Positions 1 to 9,112 of a DNA stretch of 64,000 nucleotides are shown piece by piece. Origin of the DNA: an uncultured virus (IMG/VR IMGVR_UViG_3300005458_000017) (taxonomy: Duplodnaviria; Heunggongvirae; Uroviricota; Caudoviricetes). The notes under the pieces were generated by a model, which saw nothing but the letters and a program-made list of their open reading frames with translations, did no database searches and had not been told where the DNA came from. Each line of letters starts with the position of its first letter. The stretch's first letter is position 1. The stretch lies in the IMG/VR virus record IMGVR_UViG_3300005458_000017, one strand, 5' to 3'. A program made the translations under genes and the position numbers.

Positions 1-117
1 GCGCGGACTTGAGTGGCGCGAACTTGAGTGGCGCGAACTTGAGTGGCGCGGACTTGAGTGGCGCGGACTTGAGTGGCGCGAACTTGAGTGGCGCGAACTT
101 GAGAAGCGCGGACTTGG
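1..117 (+). repeat. Tandem 15-bp repeat GCG(G/A)ACTTGAGTGGC, about 7-8 copies, encoding pentapeptides
   Basis: Directly visible near-identical units. Confidence 0.95.
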
Positions 118-254
118 GAGATCAGTGGATCATCCAGGGTGCCACTCGTAGCGACGGCTACCCCTTCTTTCTCCAGAAACTCACCGGTGACAAGGTGCCA
201 ATGGTGAAAGCCGGGTGCCGGTATTTATCGCTGGAGGACGCGCAAAAGCACTAG
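3..254 (+). CDS. Pentapeptide-repeat protein (5' truncated by window edge; probably extends to 350 through an internal TAG)
   Basis: A(D/N)LSG repeats followed by a C-terminal domain with [10 protein letters not shown]. Confidence 0.85.
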   Translation, partial: ADLSGANLSGANLSGADLSGADLSGANLSGANLRSADLGDQWIIQGATRSDGYPFFLQKLTGDKVPMVKAGCRYLSLEDAQKH

Positions 255-418
255 GAAAAAACCAGGGCCGGCCAACCCTTGCTGGTCGAAACCGAAACCA
301 TCGTCCGTTGCATGGTGGCACTGGCGCGCGTGCGAAAGCTTATGGTGTAGGGGCGCGTTCGACGCGGCGAAATCGCGAAACGAGTGAAGCGACAGCGTAA
401 CGAGAGGAGCAACACAAT

Positions 419-1135
419 ATGAGCAACGTACACGCCTTAGTAACTCCCAACGTCATCACGGCGGCTGATCTGCTGGACGTTGCCCAGGAACTCGGCAAGC
501 AAGCCGGCCAGGGCAAGGACACCCAGGTCAAGTTCCTGCTCAAGGTGCTCGAAGGTGCATACCATAATGCTATTGACCTTGCTGGCAATAAGCATGGCAA
601 GGACATCGACGACGCCACCAAGCTGGTCGAAGCCTATGTGAAAGCGCAGAGCGGTGCGACGGTGTTCGATCATAAGGCGCCGAATCAGCGCAAGACCATC
701 TCCTGTGCCCGCACCATGATCAAGTTCGGTCAGTGGACCAAGGGCGGCAATGGCGAACCCATCGCGTCGGCGAACAACCTGATGACGATGCGGCAGAAGC
801 TGCGGCAAAATCCAACTGAGGCAAAGAAGCTCGACGATGCTGCTAACACTTTGCTCAAGCAGGCGCGCACACAGTTGAAGCGCGACACGCTGCTGACTGA
901 CGAGGAGTTGCGCCAGCTTTGCTACAAGAAACCCAAGGGTGATGCGCCAACCGCTGAAGAGCGGTTGGAATCAACACGCAAGCTGCTCGACAAGCTGATC
1001 AAGGGCGATCTTCCCGACGGTGCGCAGGATAACTCGTCCGACGTGATCGTGGCGCGGGATTCTTTGACACGGCGCTTGATTGCGATCGCCAAAGCCAAGG
1101 GTACGGCGAAGCAAGGTGGAACCACTTTAAAGTGA
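419..1135 (+). CDS. Hypothetical early protein (238 aa)
   Basis: Long ORF with AGGAG RBS and phage-like codon usage. Confidence 0.8.
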   Translation: MSNVHALVTPNVITAADLLDVAQELGKQAGQGKDTQVKFLLKVLEGAYHNAIDLAGNKHGKDIDDATKLVEAYVKAQSGATVFDHKAPNQRKTISCARTMIKFGQWTKGGNGEPIASANNLMTMRQKLRQNPTEAKKLDDAANTLLKQARTQLKRDTLLTDEELRQLCYKKPKGDAPTAEERLESTRKLLDKLIKGDLPDGAQDNSSDVIVARDSLTRRLIAIAKAKGTAKQGGTTLK

Positions 1136-1150
1136 GAGGAGCAAAACGAA

Positions 1151-2314
1151 ATGAATTTGAACCAAGCACGACGCGAGGCCACGAGATTGATCAATTCTGG
1201 TCAAGCCGTGATGTTCTCGTCTGGTTCGGGCATCGGCAAGAGCCAGACGGTCTACCAGATGTTCGAACAGATCAAGGCGCGCGACGCCGAGAAGAACATC
1301 ACATGGGGTTTCGGCACCATCTTTGCCGCCACGCAAACCCCGCCCGATCTGATCGGGTATCAGTTCAAGGGCGAAAGAGCGTTTCCCACGGGAGAAGTGG
1401 ACGCCGAAGGGCGTCCGGCCCTTCGTACCGTCACGGTAACCGATCCGAGCGTACCGCTGTGGATGATATCGACAGAAGGCAAGCCAGCATGGATGTACGA
1501 TCGCTTCTTCCTGTTTATCGACGAGTACGGCCAGGGCGAGGGCGACGTGAAGCGCGGCCTTGCTGAAATATTCCTCAATGGTGGCACGTCGCCGTGGTAT
1601 CTGCCGCCGGGTTCTGTAAGAGTTGCTGCAACGAACAAAGGGGTTCGTTATGGCGTGAGCAAGGACTTCGACTTCTGCATCGCCCGCCGCACGCTCTTGG
1701 AGATCGACGGTGACGTAGACGTGTGGCTGAGCTACGCCGACAAGCCTTACATCCACCAGGGCCGGCAATGGGTGACGATGCCCGTGATCAAGGCGTGGGC
1801 CGCGACCAACCCGCAAATCCTCTTTGAACAAGAGCCGAAGGATCAGGGGCCGTGGTGCAATCCGCGGCAGTTATGCGCCGTTGACCGGTACCTGCAAGTG
1901 ACATTCGAGGAGCAGGGCAACCAGGACGTGGATGCGCTGGCGATTTCCAGTATCGCCGGCACCATCGGAATGCCCGCCGCGCAATCGCTGATCAACCACC
2001 TGCAATTCCGACTTGAACTGCCGAGCTATGCTGACGTGGTGTCCGACCCGGACGGGACGCCGGTGCCGACGCGTGCCGATCTGCAAATGCTGATGGCCTA
2101 CGAGCTTGCGGGCTACACCAGGGCCGAAGACCTTGCCGCGTGCATCACCTACATCCAACGCCTGGAGAAGGTCGCCAAGGACATGGGTGTGACCTACATT
2201 TCTGCTCTGCTTCGCAGAGATTACAAGAACATCATCAACCAGCCGGCGATGCAGGGATGGATCAACAAGAACGCGACATTGATTTCGGTCATCCACGCGT
2301 TGAGCAGCAACTAA
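1151..2314 (+). CDS. MoxR-like AAA+ ATPase
   Basis: Walker A SGSGIGKS, Walker B FLFIDE, sensor VAATN, PRQ motif; vWA partner downstream. Confidence 0.85.
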   Translation: MNLNQARREATRLINSGQAVMFSSGSGIGKSQTVYQMFEQIKARDAEKNITWGFGTIFAATQTPPDLIGYQFKGERAFPTGEVDAEGRPALRTVTVTDPSVPLWMISTEGKPAWMYDRFFLFIDEYGQGEGDVKRGLAEIFLNGGTSPWYLPPGSVRVAATNKGVRYGVSKDFDFCIARRTLLEIDGDVDVWLSYADKPYIHQGRQWVTMPVIKAWAATNPQILFEQEPKDQGPWCNPRQLCAVDRYLQVTFEEQGNQDVDALAISSIAGTIGMPAAQSLINHLQFRLELPSYADVVSDPDGTPVPTRADLQMLMAYELAGYTRAEDLAACITYIQRLEKVAKDMGVTYISALLRRDYKNIINQPAMQGWINKNATLISVIHALSSN

Positions 2315-2529
2315 TTCCCGCGCGGGATAGGGGGTGTGCGGATAGCCTGTGGATCAACAGGACGGCACACCCCCGCTTACCGCCGCGGTAACAGGATCAA
2401 CGAATGCCGTTGCCAGATAAAATGCTGACGCCATTCGCTGGCCCTGTCGAGGACCTGCAAAGGTTGATCGACTGGAAATTGGGAAGCACGCAACACCTGC
2501 GGCGCTACAAGACGAGAAGAGGAGCAACC

Positions 2530-2817
2530 ATGCAACGGCAATTCACCATAGAGCTTCGCGTCGACTATGCTGACAACGAGAAGAACCAGGCCATGCGGCT
2601 GGCGTGCCAGCAAGCGGCACAGCACCTCAACGCGACGGCGGTATTGCTTTCGGACGGGCAGCGTCCGCAGATCGCCGTGTTCAGCGACGACTTCTATTCC
2701 GGACGCGAGGAGATCGAACTGGTCTCCGGCACGATCCAATCTGGATTAGATTCCATCGGCGGCGACGCCAACGACTCGCCGGTCAGCAATGAACTGCTGA
2801 ACGCGTTCGGTCAATGA
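2530..2817 (+). CDS. Hypothetical protein
   Basis: ATG at 2530 with AGGAG RBS inside ORF 2404..2817. Confidence 0.7.
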   Translation: MQRQFTIELRVDYADNEKNQAMRLACQQAAQHLNATAVLLSDGQRPQIAVFSDDFYSGREEIELVSGTIQSGLDSIGGDANDSPVSNELLNAFGQ

Positions 2818-3041
2818 AGGTCAGAGTCAACATCGGCGAGATACCAAGTGTAGAGCAGACGCGCTTCCGCTCGTTTGCCGAGAGATACTTACTTACGCGA
2901 GCGCCACATTGGCCCGTGGGTAAAGAAACAGAGATGGCGTGGGAAGCCACGCTGGATGCCAAGCGGTTCTATCGCATGATCGAAGCGCAGGGCAAGAACC
3001 TCAATGCGTTCATCAAGGAAGAGGAAGCTGCGCAACTGTGA
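2814..3041 (+). CDS. Hypothetical protein
   Basis: ATGA overlap with upstream gene. Confidence 0.65.
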   Translation: MKVRVNIGEIPSVEQTRFRSFAERYLLTRAPHWPVGKETEMAWEATLDAKRFYRMIEAQGKNLNAFIKEEEAAQL

Positions 3042-3242
3042 GTGACTTCACTGGCGAAGCAACCGGCAGACTACTACGGCGTGAATGGCGTAGACGCATC
3101 AGTAACGCCATCGTTCGCCACCGAGAGGATGTTCGACGCCGCAATATGATCGTCGCCGCTCCGATTGGAGCACCGGAAGAACAGTGGCAAGCGTACCAAG
3201 CGTGGTGTGACGTCCGACTGGCATATCTAAAACGAGAGAGGA

Positions 3243-4553
3243 GTGAGCTATATGACGACACCCCCCGAACCAGAAGAAAGCTCGCCGGATACTATCGAAC
3301 CATGTGGTCTGACGCCGCAGCAAAAGCAGCAGTGGGGCGACACCATGAGCCTCATGACGTGGACCTGTCCCGGGTTCCGTCATCTGTTCTACAAGCTCCT
3401 CGCCAACAACCGCGGCGAGATAGCAGCGGTGCCGAGCCGGCAAGTGCCGATCGCGGCGACTGACGCGCGCAACATCATCATCAACCCGGACACGTTTTTC
3501 AAGCTGTCCCTGAAGCAGCGGGTGTTCGCCATCGGCCACGAGATCATTCACAACGTCTTCGACGACGTGAACTTCCTGCATCGCTGCTCTAAGGCTGGAA
3601 CGGTCCTGATGAGCGACGGAACGACTCGTCCGTTCATCAACAAGATGATGCAGCACGCGATGGACTACCGCATCAATGCGCTCCTGGTTGACAGCAAGAT
3701 AGGTGAGCCGCTTCCCGGTATTTGTCTGGACCCTGAGATTGGCAAGGCCGACGACAGCGTGGTGGATATCTACAAGAAAATCTACGACGACGCTGAGTCA
3801 GACGGGCGTATCGTTCCCGGCAACAGCTTCGATCAGCTATTAACTCCCGGTGCCAGCACCGGGCAGACGCCCTCGCAAGCGCAGGCTTCGCGCAACCCGC
3901 AACAGTGGAAAGTTGAAACAGCGGCAGCGCAGCAACTCGAAGCCATGAAGTCGCAGGGCAAGATGGCGCACGCGTTGCAGCGCTTCTTCCAGCAAATACT
4001 GGAGCCCGTGGTTCCCTGGACCGAACATATCAAGGGCATCTTCAACCGCAAGGTGGGGTCGGGCACCTACAACTGGCGCAAGCCCGACAGGCGCTTCATC
4101 ACAAGGGATTTGTACATGCCATCGCGTTCCGGCAACGGCGCGGGCTGGGTAGTGGTGTGGGGCGACACGTCGGGCTCCATCGGCCAGGACGAACTCTGCC
4201 AGTATATGGCAGAACTCACCGAGATCATGGAGTCCTGTCAACCTAAGAGGCTGACAATATGCTGGTGCGACGCCGAGATACACCGCATCGACGAATTGGA
4301 AGAACCGGCTGACATGGATGCCCTCAAGGAGAGCATCGACGGCGACAAGATCGGCGGCGGCGGCACCAACATGCATCCGGTGCTGGACTGGATCAACCAG
4401 CAAAGCGAACGCCCGGAAATCATGATCGCGTTCACGGACGGCTATGTCACGTTTCCGGACGCCGAGCCCGACTTCCTGATGATCTGGGCCAGCACCACGG
4501 ACATGAAATATCCGTTTGGCGACGTGGTGCGGATCAACCCGGAGGGCGCGTGA
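3243..4553 (+). CDS. DUF2201-type metallopeptidase plus vWA domain protein
   Basis: AATD motif, HEIIH zincin motif, MIDAS DTSGS, GGGT, FTDG. Confidence 0.88.
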   Translation: MSYMTTPPEPEESSPDTIEPCGLTPQQKQQWGDTMSLMTWTCPGFRHLFYKLLANNRGEIAAVPSRQVPIAATDARNIIINPDTFFKLSLKQRVFAIGHEIIHNVFDDVNFLHRCSKAGTVLMSDGTTRPFINKMMQHAMDYRINALLVDSKIGEPLPGICLDPEIGKADDSVVDIYKKIYDDAESDGRIVPGNSFDQLLTPGASTGQTPSQAQASRNPQQWKVETAAAQQLEAMKSQGKMAHALQRFFQQILEPVVPWTEHIKGIFNRKVGSGTYNWRKPDRRFITRDLYMPSRSGNGAGWVVVWGDTSGSIGQDELCQYMAELTEIMESCQPKRLTICWCDAEIHRIDELEEPADMDALKESIDGDKIGGGGTNMHPVLDWINQQSERPEIMIAFTDGYVTFPDAEPDFLMIWASTTDMKYPFGDVVRINPEGA

Positions 4554-4787
4554 ATGACATCACCCGACATCGCACGCATGATCGCCACCGGCGATCGCGC
4601 TGACTTGAAGAAGTGGCTCATCGAGTGCTCGAACGCCGCGCTCTTGGAGCATTGGGTCAGGTTGTCCTGTTGTAAGGTGCAGGACTTTCAAGAGTTGACC
4701 TCTGCCGAGATGATTAAGCGCGAGATAATTCGTGAAGCGAAATTACCCGTGACGGTACCGCCAGCCCTAGCTCGCTCCCCGAGCTAG
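4554..4787 (+). CDS. Hypothetical protein
   Basis: ORF abutting upstream stop. Confidence 0.55.
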   Translation: MTSPDIARMIATGDRADLKKWLIECSNAALLEHWVRLSCCKVQDFQELTSAEMIKREIIREAKLPVTVPPALARSPS

Positions 4788-4798
4788 GGTGCTTTTTT
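4763..4798 (+). terminator. Intrinsic terminator
   Basis: GCCCTAGCTCG/CGAGCTAGGGT stem followed by TTTTTT. Confidence 0.75.
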
Positions 4799-4902
4799 GA
4801 AATTTCAACCCGCGAGCGTGTGCGCAGCGCAAGCGAAGCATATCGCGAGCAATCAACCAAGCGCGAGTGAAGCGCCAGCGCAACGAGAAAGGAAAAACCA
4901 AA

Positions 4903-5622
4903 ATGAGTTGGGGTAACAGAAATCGACAGCACCGACAGCCGAAAGAACCCGCGTCACTCGGCGACGTACGCGTTGCTAACGCGTGCGCCACGATCAACAG
5001 CATGATGATCAGAGCGGCCAACCTGATGGTGCCATACTCGCCATCGCGCGAAGCAGTGCTTCCGATGCTGTTCGCCGACGACACGTTAATAAAACTTCAA
5101 GCAGTGCGCGGAATGGTCGATCCAGCATATACGTCTTGCCAGTACCCCATCGCTGCTGACGTCGACCTGCAAATCAAGTTTACCGACGCGGCAGTGCCAC
5201 CCATCACACCGGAGTTCTTGTGCGTGCAGCCGGAACGAGCTAGCCCACTTCTGAATGCCGTCGAAGAGATCAGGGCGATCTATCTTCAGTACGAGAAGGT
5301 GAAACATGTGCTGCGCTGGATGAACCGCAACGCCACCGCCGGCGCCGTTCGTCACTATTGGCCGACCGTCTTGCAGCTATGTCCGAATGCTCCGGCGCTC
5401 AAGGAATTAACGAGCACGCCGACGCGGTTTGCAACACCGCGCAACATCGGCGAGATGCTGCAACTGATCCGGGATACGTCTGCAACGATGTCTGCATCCG
5501 TGATGCTTCCTGCGGATGCGACTTACCGGCCATATAAAGAACTGAAGCTGCGTTTCCGTACACGAACGGTCAGCGACGGCGTACATGCTTTCGCGACCGA
5601 CGAGATGAACATTAGCCTCTAA
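4903..5622 (+). CDS. Hypothetical protein
   Basis: Long ORF with AAAGGA RBS. Confidence 0.75.
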   Translation: MSWGNRNRQHRQPKEPASLGDVRVANACATINSMMIRAANLMVPYSPSREAVLPMLFADDTLIKLQAVRGMVDPAYTSCQYPIAADVDLQIKFTDAAVPPITPEFLCVQPERASPLLNAVEEIRAIYLQYEKVKHVLRWMNRNATAGAVRHYWPTVLQLCPNAPALKELTSTPTRFATPRNIGEMLQLIRDTSATMSASVMLPADATYRPYKELKLRFRTRTVSDGVHAFATDEMNISL

Positions 5623-5677
5623 GCGAGATCACACGCGCGTTCCGCGCGGGTGCTGGGAAGATAGAAAGCGTAGCACA

Positions 5678-7624
5678 TTGCCCAACCGGGTCCTGATTCT
5701 TGATTTCGAGACGTACTACGACAAAGAGTACTCTCTCAAGAAAATGCCGACACCGAATTATATCTTGGACCCCCGGTTCGAGACCATCATGCTTGCCGCC
5801 AAGGTGGATGACGGCGAGCACCAGATCATAGACGGGCCTGACGTGCCCGCGTTCCTGGCACAGTTCGATCCGAAGCAAACCACCACGGTCACCTTCAATG
5901 CGCTGTTCGATAACTCGATCCTGGCGTGGCGCTACGGATTCGTCCCCCACACCATGATCGACGCGATGGGCATGGCGCGTGCGCTATGGGGGCACAAGCT
6001 GCATCGCTTCTCCCTGAAGGAAATCTCCGAGTTCCTGGGACTGCCCGCCAAGCTCGACACCCTGATGAAGGTGGAAGGGTTAAACCGTGCAGCGATTCTT
6101 CAGGCGGGGTTGTGGACGCAGTTCTGCGAATACGCTTTACGTGATAACATAAATTGCGAGGGGATTTATCTCAAAGCATATCCCGAATTTCCCTGGGCTG
6201 AGCGCCGCCTGATGGACATGGTGTTGCGCTGCTGCGTCGAGCCTAGATTTCAGTGCAATATCCCCATGTTGACGGATCACCTGGTCGACGTGAAAGCCGC
6301 CAAGGCCGCGCTAATCCAAGATGCTGGGTCAATCGACACCAAGGTGATCATGTCAACGCCGAAGTTCAAAAAGGCGTTGGAGGATTTAGGCGTCGAAGTC
6401 GAGATGAAAATCTCGCCGACCACCGGCAAGGAAACACCCGCGTTCGCCAAGACCGACGAGTTCATGAATAACCTGCTGGAGCATAGCGACCCTATGGTCG
6501 CGTCGCTCGCAGCGGCAAGAGTGGGCCTCAAGAGCACGCTTGAGGAGACGCGCACTGAAAAACTCCTAAGCATCGCGTCATTGCCATGGGTAAGCAGCGA
6601 TGACGCACCCCTGATGCCGATCCCGCTCCGGTACGGCGCCGCCCACACTCACCGGCTGGGTGGCGACTGGGGCATGAACATGCAGAACATGCCGACCGTG
6701 CGCGGCAGCAAGGGGAAATCCAAACTGCGACTCTCGCTGGTAGCGCCGCCTGGCTACAACGTGCTGACGATCGATTTGGGTCAGATCGAAGCGCGCATGG
6801 TGGCATGGCTGTGCGGCTGCAAAACACTCCTGGAAGAGTTCGCCAAGTACGACGCCGGCGACAAGAGTTTCGATCCGTATAACCGCCTGGCATCTGCGAT
6901 CTTCGGGAGACCTGTTGATCGAAAATTGACTGGCACACCGGACGAGATCATGGGTTTCATTGGTAAGGGCGGCATTCTCGGGCTTGGCTACGTCTGCGGA
7001 AAAGACAAGTTCGACACCATGGTGACGCGCGGCGCGCGGGCGCAGGGCGTGGACATCAGCGTGGTTTACACCCGCGCTATCGGTGACAAAGCCGTCGACG
7101 TGTACCGTCGCCGCTATCACGAAATCCCGGCGGGCTGGAACAAGCTCAACCATATCGTTGCGACGTACTGGCTGAGTGGATCGGCATCGACGACGTTCGG
7201 GCCGGTCACGATTTCAAACGGCAGGGTTTTGCTGCCAAGCGGATTGTCGCTGAATTACGCCGACCCGCAGAGCTTTACGTCCGACACAGGTCGGACGGAA
7301 TATCGTTACCGCTACGGTAAGATGTGGCACCGGATGTACGGCGGAAAATTGCTTGAAAATATCTCGCAAGCGCTCGCTCGCATCATAGTGATGAACGCGG
7401 CCCTTCGGATTCGCGACCGCGGGCTTTACACGGTCAACCCTCGCGATTACTTGTTTTGTTTGCAAGCTCACGATGAATTGGTTTTCGTCGTCCGCGACGA
7501 AGAGCTAGAACAAGCCAAGCAACTCATTCACGCCGAGATGATCCGTGCACCTTCATGGGGGCGCGACATTCCGCTGGTAGCGGACGTTGGAGTTGGTCCT
7601 TCTTACGGAGAGGCAAAGACCTGA
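5678..7624 (+). CDS. Family A DNA polymerase (3'-5' exonuclease plus polymerase, no 5'-3' exonuclease)
   Basis: Exo I DFETY, FNALFD, motif A DLGQIEAR, motif B GKGGILGLGY, ENISQA, motif C AHDE. Confidence 0.95.
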   Translation: MPNRVLILDFETYYDKEYSLKKMPTPNYILDPRFETIMLAAKVDDGEHQIIDGPDVPAFLAQFDPKQTTTVTFNALFDNSILAWRYGFVPHTMIDAMGMARALWGHKLHRFSLKEISEFLGLPAKLDTLMKVEGLNRAAILQAGLWTQFCEYALRDNINCEGIYLKAYPEFPWAERRLMDMVLRCCVEPRFQCNIPMLTDHLVDVKAAKAALIQDAGSIDTKVIMSTPKFKKALEDLGVEVEMKISPTTGKETPAFAKTDEFMNNLLEHSDPMVASLAAARVGLKSTLEETRTEKLLSIASLPWVSSDDAPLMPIPLRYGAAHTHRLGGDWGMNMQNMPTVRGSKGKSKLRLSLVAPPGYNVLTIDLGQIEARMVAWLCGCKTLLEEFAKYDAGDKSFDPYNRLASAIFGRPVDRKLTGTPDEIMGFIGKGGILGLGYVCGKDKFDTMVTRGARAQGVDISVVYTRAIGDKAVDVYRRRYHEIPAGWNKLNHIVATYWLSGSASTTFGPVTISNGRVLLPSGLSLNYADPQSFTSDTGRTEYRYRYGKMWHRMYGGKLLENISQALARIIVMNAALRIRDRGLYTVNPRDYLFCLQAHDELVFVVRDEELEQAKQLIHAEMIRAPSWGRDIPLVADVGVGPSYGEAKT

Positions 7625-8043
7625 TGAAACCGAAGAACATTTATCTGGCGGGTCCGATGCAGGGCTACCCGCAATTCAACTTCCCGCGCTTTAACGCCGT
7701 GGCTCGTGCCCTTCGGGCGAACGGCCACAAGGTGTTCAACCCCGCGGAAAAAGATATCGAACGTCACGGTGGTGTGAACATCGCAAACCTCTCTGGCTCG
7801 CTAGAGCAGGCCAAGACCGAACACAAGTTCTCGCTTCGCACTGCGCTGGAAGACGACCTGCGTTTCATCTGCAAGGAAGCGGACACCATCGTTCTTCTGC
7901 CGGGCTGGGAGAAGTCCAACGGCGCGATGGCTGAACATCGCACAGCGGTAGCACTCATGAGCGAGGGCATGGAGATCATCTACCTGTCCGAAGACATGTG
8001 TGCCACCATGGAAGCGTTGGGGGCACTCGCCGATGCAGCGTAA
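7624..8043 (+). CDS. Nucleoside 2-deoxyribosyltransferase-like protein (DUF4406 type)
   Basis: IYLAGPMQG...FNFPRF, FNPAE, LLPGWEKSNGAMAE. Confidence 0.85.
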   Translation: MKPKNIYLAGPMQGYPQFNFPRFNAVARALRANGHKVFNPAEKDIERHGGVNIANLSGSLEQAKTEHKFSLRTALEDDLRFICKEADTIVLLPGWEKSNGAMAEHRTAVALMSEGMEIIYLSEDMCATMEALGALADAA

Positions 8044-8488
8044 AGTCCAGCGCGCACCTGTTCTACCCCAACGCCCGCGCGTTCTTAAAAACGCGCCGCC
8101 GCTCGCGCCGAACCCGTTCGAGGATGCCGCACGAGGCCGCGATCCCGTGCCGGCTCAGAAACGCTTGCTGGAAGCCTCCAGCGAGCAGCGCAAGATGTAC
8201 CCCATTGCGACGGGCCTGCTGGACTACTTCCCGGACGCCTGCGCTGCCGTTGCCGAGGTAAGCTTCAAGGGCAACCAGAAACACAATCCTGGCGAACCGA
8301 TGCACCATGCGCGCGGTAAGTCGAGCGATCACGCCGACTGTATCGCCCGGCACCTGGTCGAGCGTGGCGGTTTCGACGGCGGCATCAGGCACAGCGCCGC
8401 GTTGGCGTGGCGGGCGCTGGCGCTGTTGCAGGAAGAACTGGAGCGCGAGTTCGGGCTCGCTCTGCCGCGCGGCGCCAAGGAGGCGTAA
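8033..8488 (+). CDS. dATP/dGTP diphosphohydrolase-like protein (DUF5664 type)
   Basis: LDYFPDACAAVAEVSFKGNQKH, HADCIARHL, HSAALAWRALA. Confidence 0.75.
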   Translation: MQRKVQRAPVLPQRPRVLKNAPPLAPNPFEDAARGRDPVPAQKRLLEASSEQRKMYPIATGLLDYFPDACAAVAEVSFKGNQKHNPGEPMHHARGKSSDHADCIARHLVERGGFDGGIRHSAALAWRALALLQEELEREFGLALPRGAKEA

Positions 8489-8493
8489 TTACC

Positions 8494-8700
8494 GTGACAG
8501 TAAAATCCGAGCGCGAGGCGCGACGCTACGCCGAGATGCAGCGCGGGCAGCAAGTCCTTGCACAGCACTATATCGCGCAGCGGTTCGATCCGGATTATGT
8601 GACACCGGATGGCTGGACCAACGAAGGGCCTGATATCACACCCGAGGAGCGTCGCCGGCGTGATGAGTACCGGAAGAACCTTCCGAACGGGAGGTGGTGA
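8494..8700 (+). CDS. Hypothetical protein
   Basis: GTG start after AGGAGG; fills the gap in the operon. Confidence 0.55.
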   Translation: MTVKSEREARRYAEMQRGQQVLAQHYIAQRFDPDYVTPDGWTNEGPDITPEERRRRDEYRKNLPNGRW

Positions 8701-8701
8701 G

Positions 8702-9112
8702 GTGGCACAACCCCGAAAGACATTCCCGGATTGGGTGTTGGCACAGGCGACTGCTTCACCTGCCGTTATGTTGAGCGTCAGCGATATCGAACGCATGGCC
8801 AAGGCGGGCGTCGTCATTGCCTATAAGGACATCGCCGGGCACGTGGTGCCGGATCAGCAGCCGGAACGACCGCGCACGCTGGAAGACGCATTCTGGGAGC
8901 GCTGGCGACGTGCCAACATACCGACCGCCCATATCTACGGCATGTGGCCACCATACCGTATCTCCACACACCCGCACGGTGACAAGGTGACAGTGTTTGT
9001 GCAGCCACACGACAAAGCCCCATTCACGCTGGAAGACGAAAGCTGCCTCTATCCATCGGATGCCCTGATGGCGAAGCTCGCACTGTGGGAAAAGACCGGG
9101 GGAAAAGAGTAA
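8702..9112 (+). CDS. Hypothetical protein
   Basis: GGAGGT RBS; stop overlaps next ATG. Confidence 0.65.
   Translation: MAQPRKTFPDWVLAQATASPAVMLSVSDIERMAKAGVVIAYKDIAGHVVPDQQPERPRTLEDAFWERWRRANIPTAHIYGMWPPYRISTHPHGDKVTVFVQPHDKAPFTLEDESCLYPSDALMAKLALWEKTGGKE

Noticed and set aside
1..117. CRISPR array
   Set aside because: Contiguous 15-bp units without spacers that encode pentapeptides; the PD-(D/E)XK nuclease at 9112 is a replication-module gene and no cas operon is present
252..254. Genome-wide TAG reassignment
   Set aside because: All long genes are open under the standard code; only one internal TAG was seen
4744..4758. Additional palindrome copy TACCCGTGACGGTAC
   Set aside because: Three mismatches to consensus; not counted
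7624..8488. Z-genome (2-aminoadenine) or 7-deazaguanine pathway
   Set aside because: No PurZ, DpdA or Que-like genes recognised in the window
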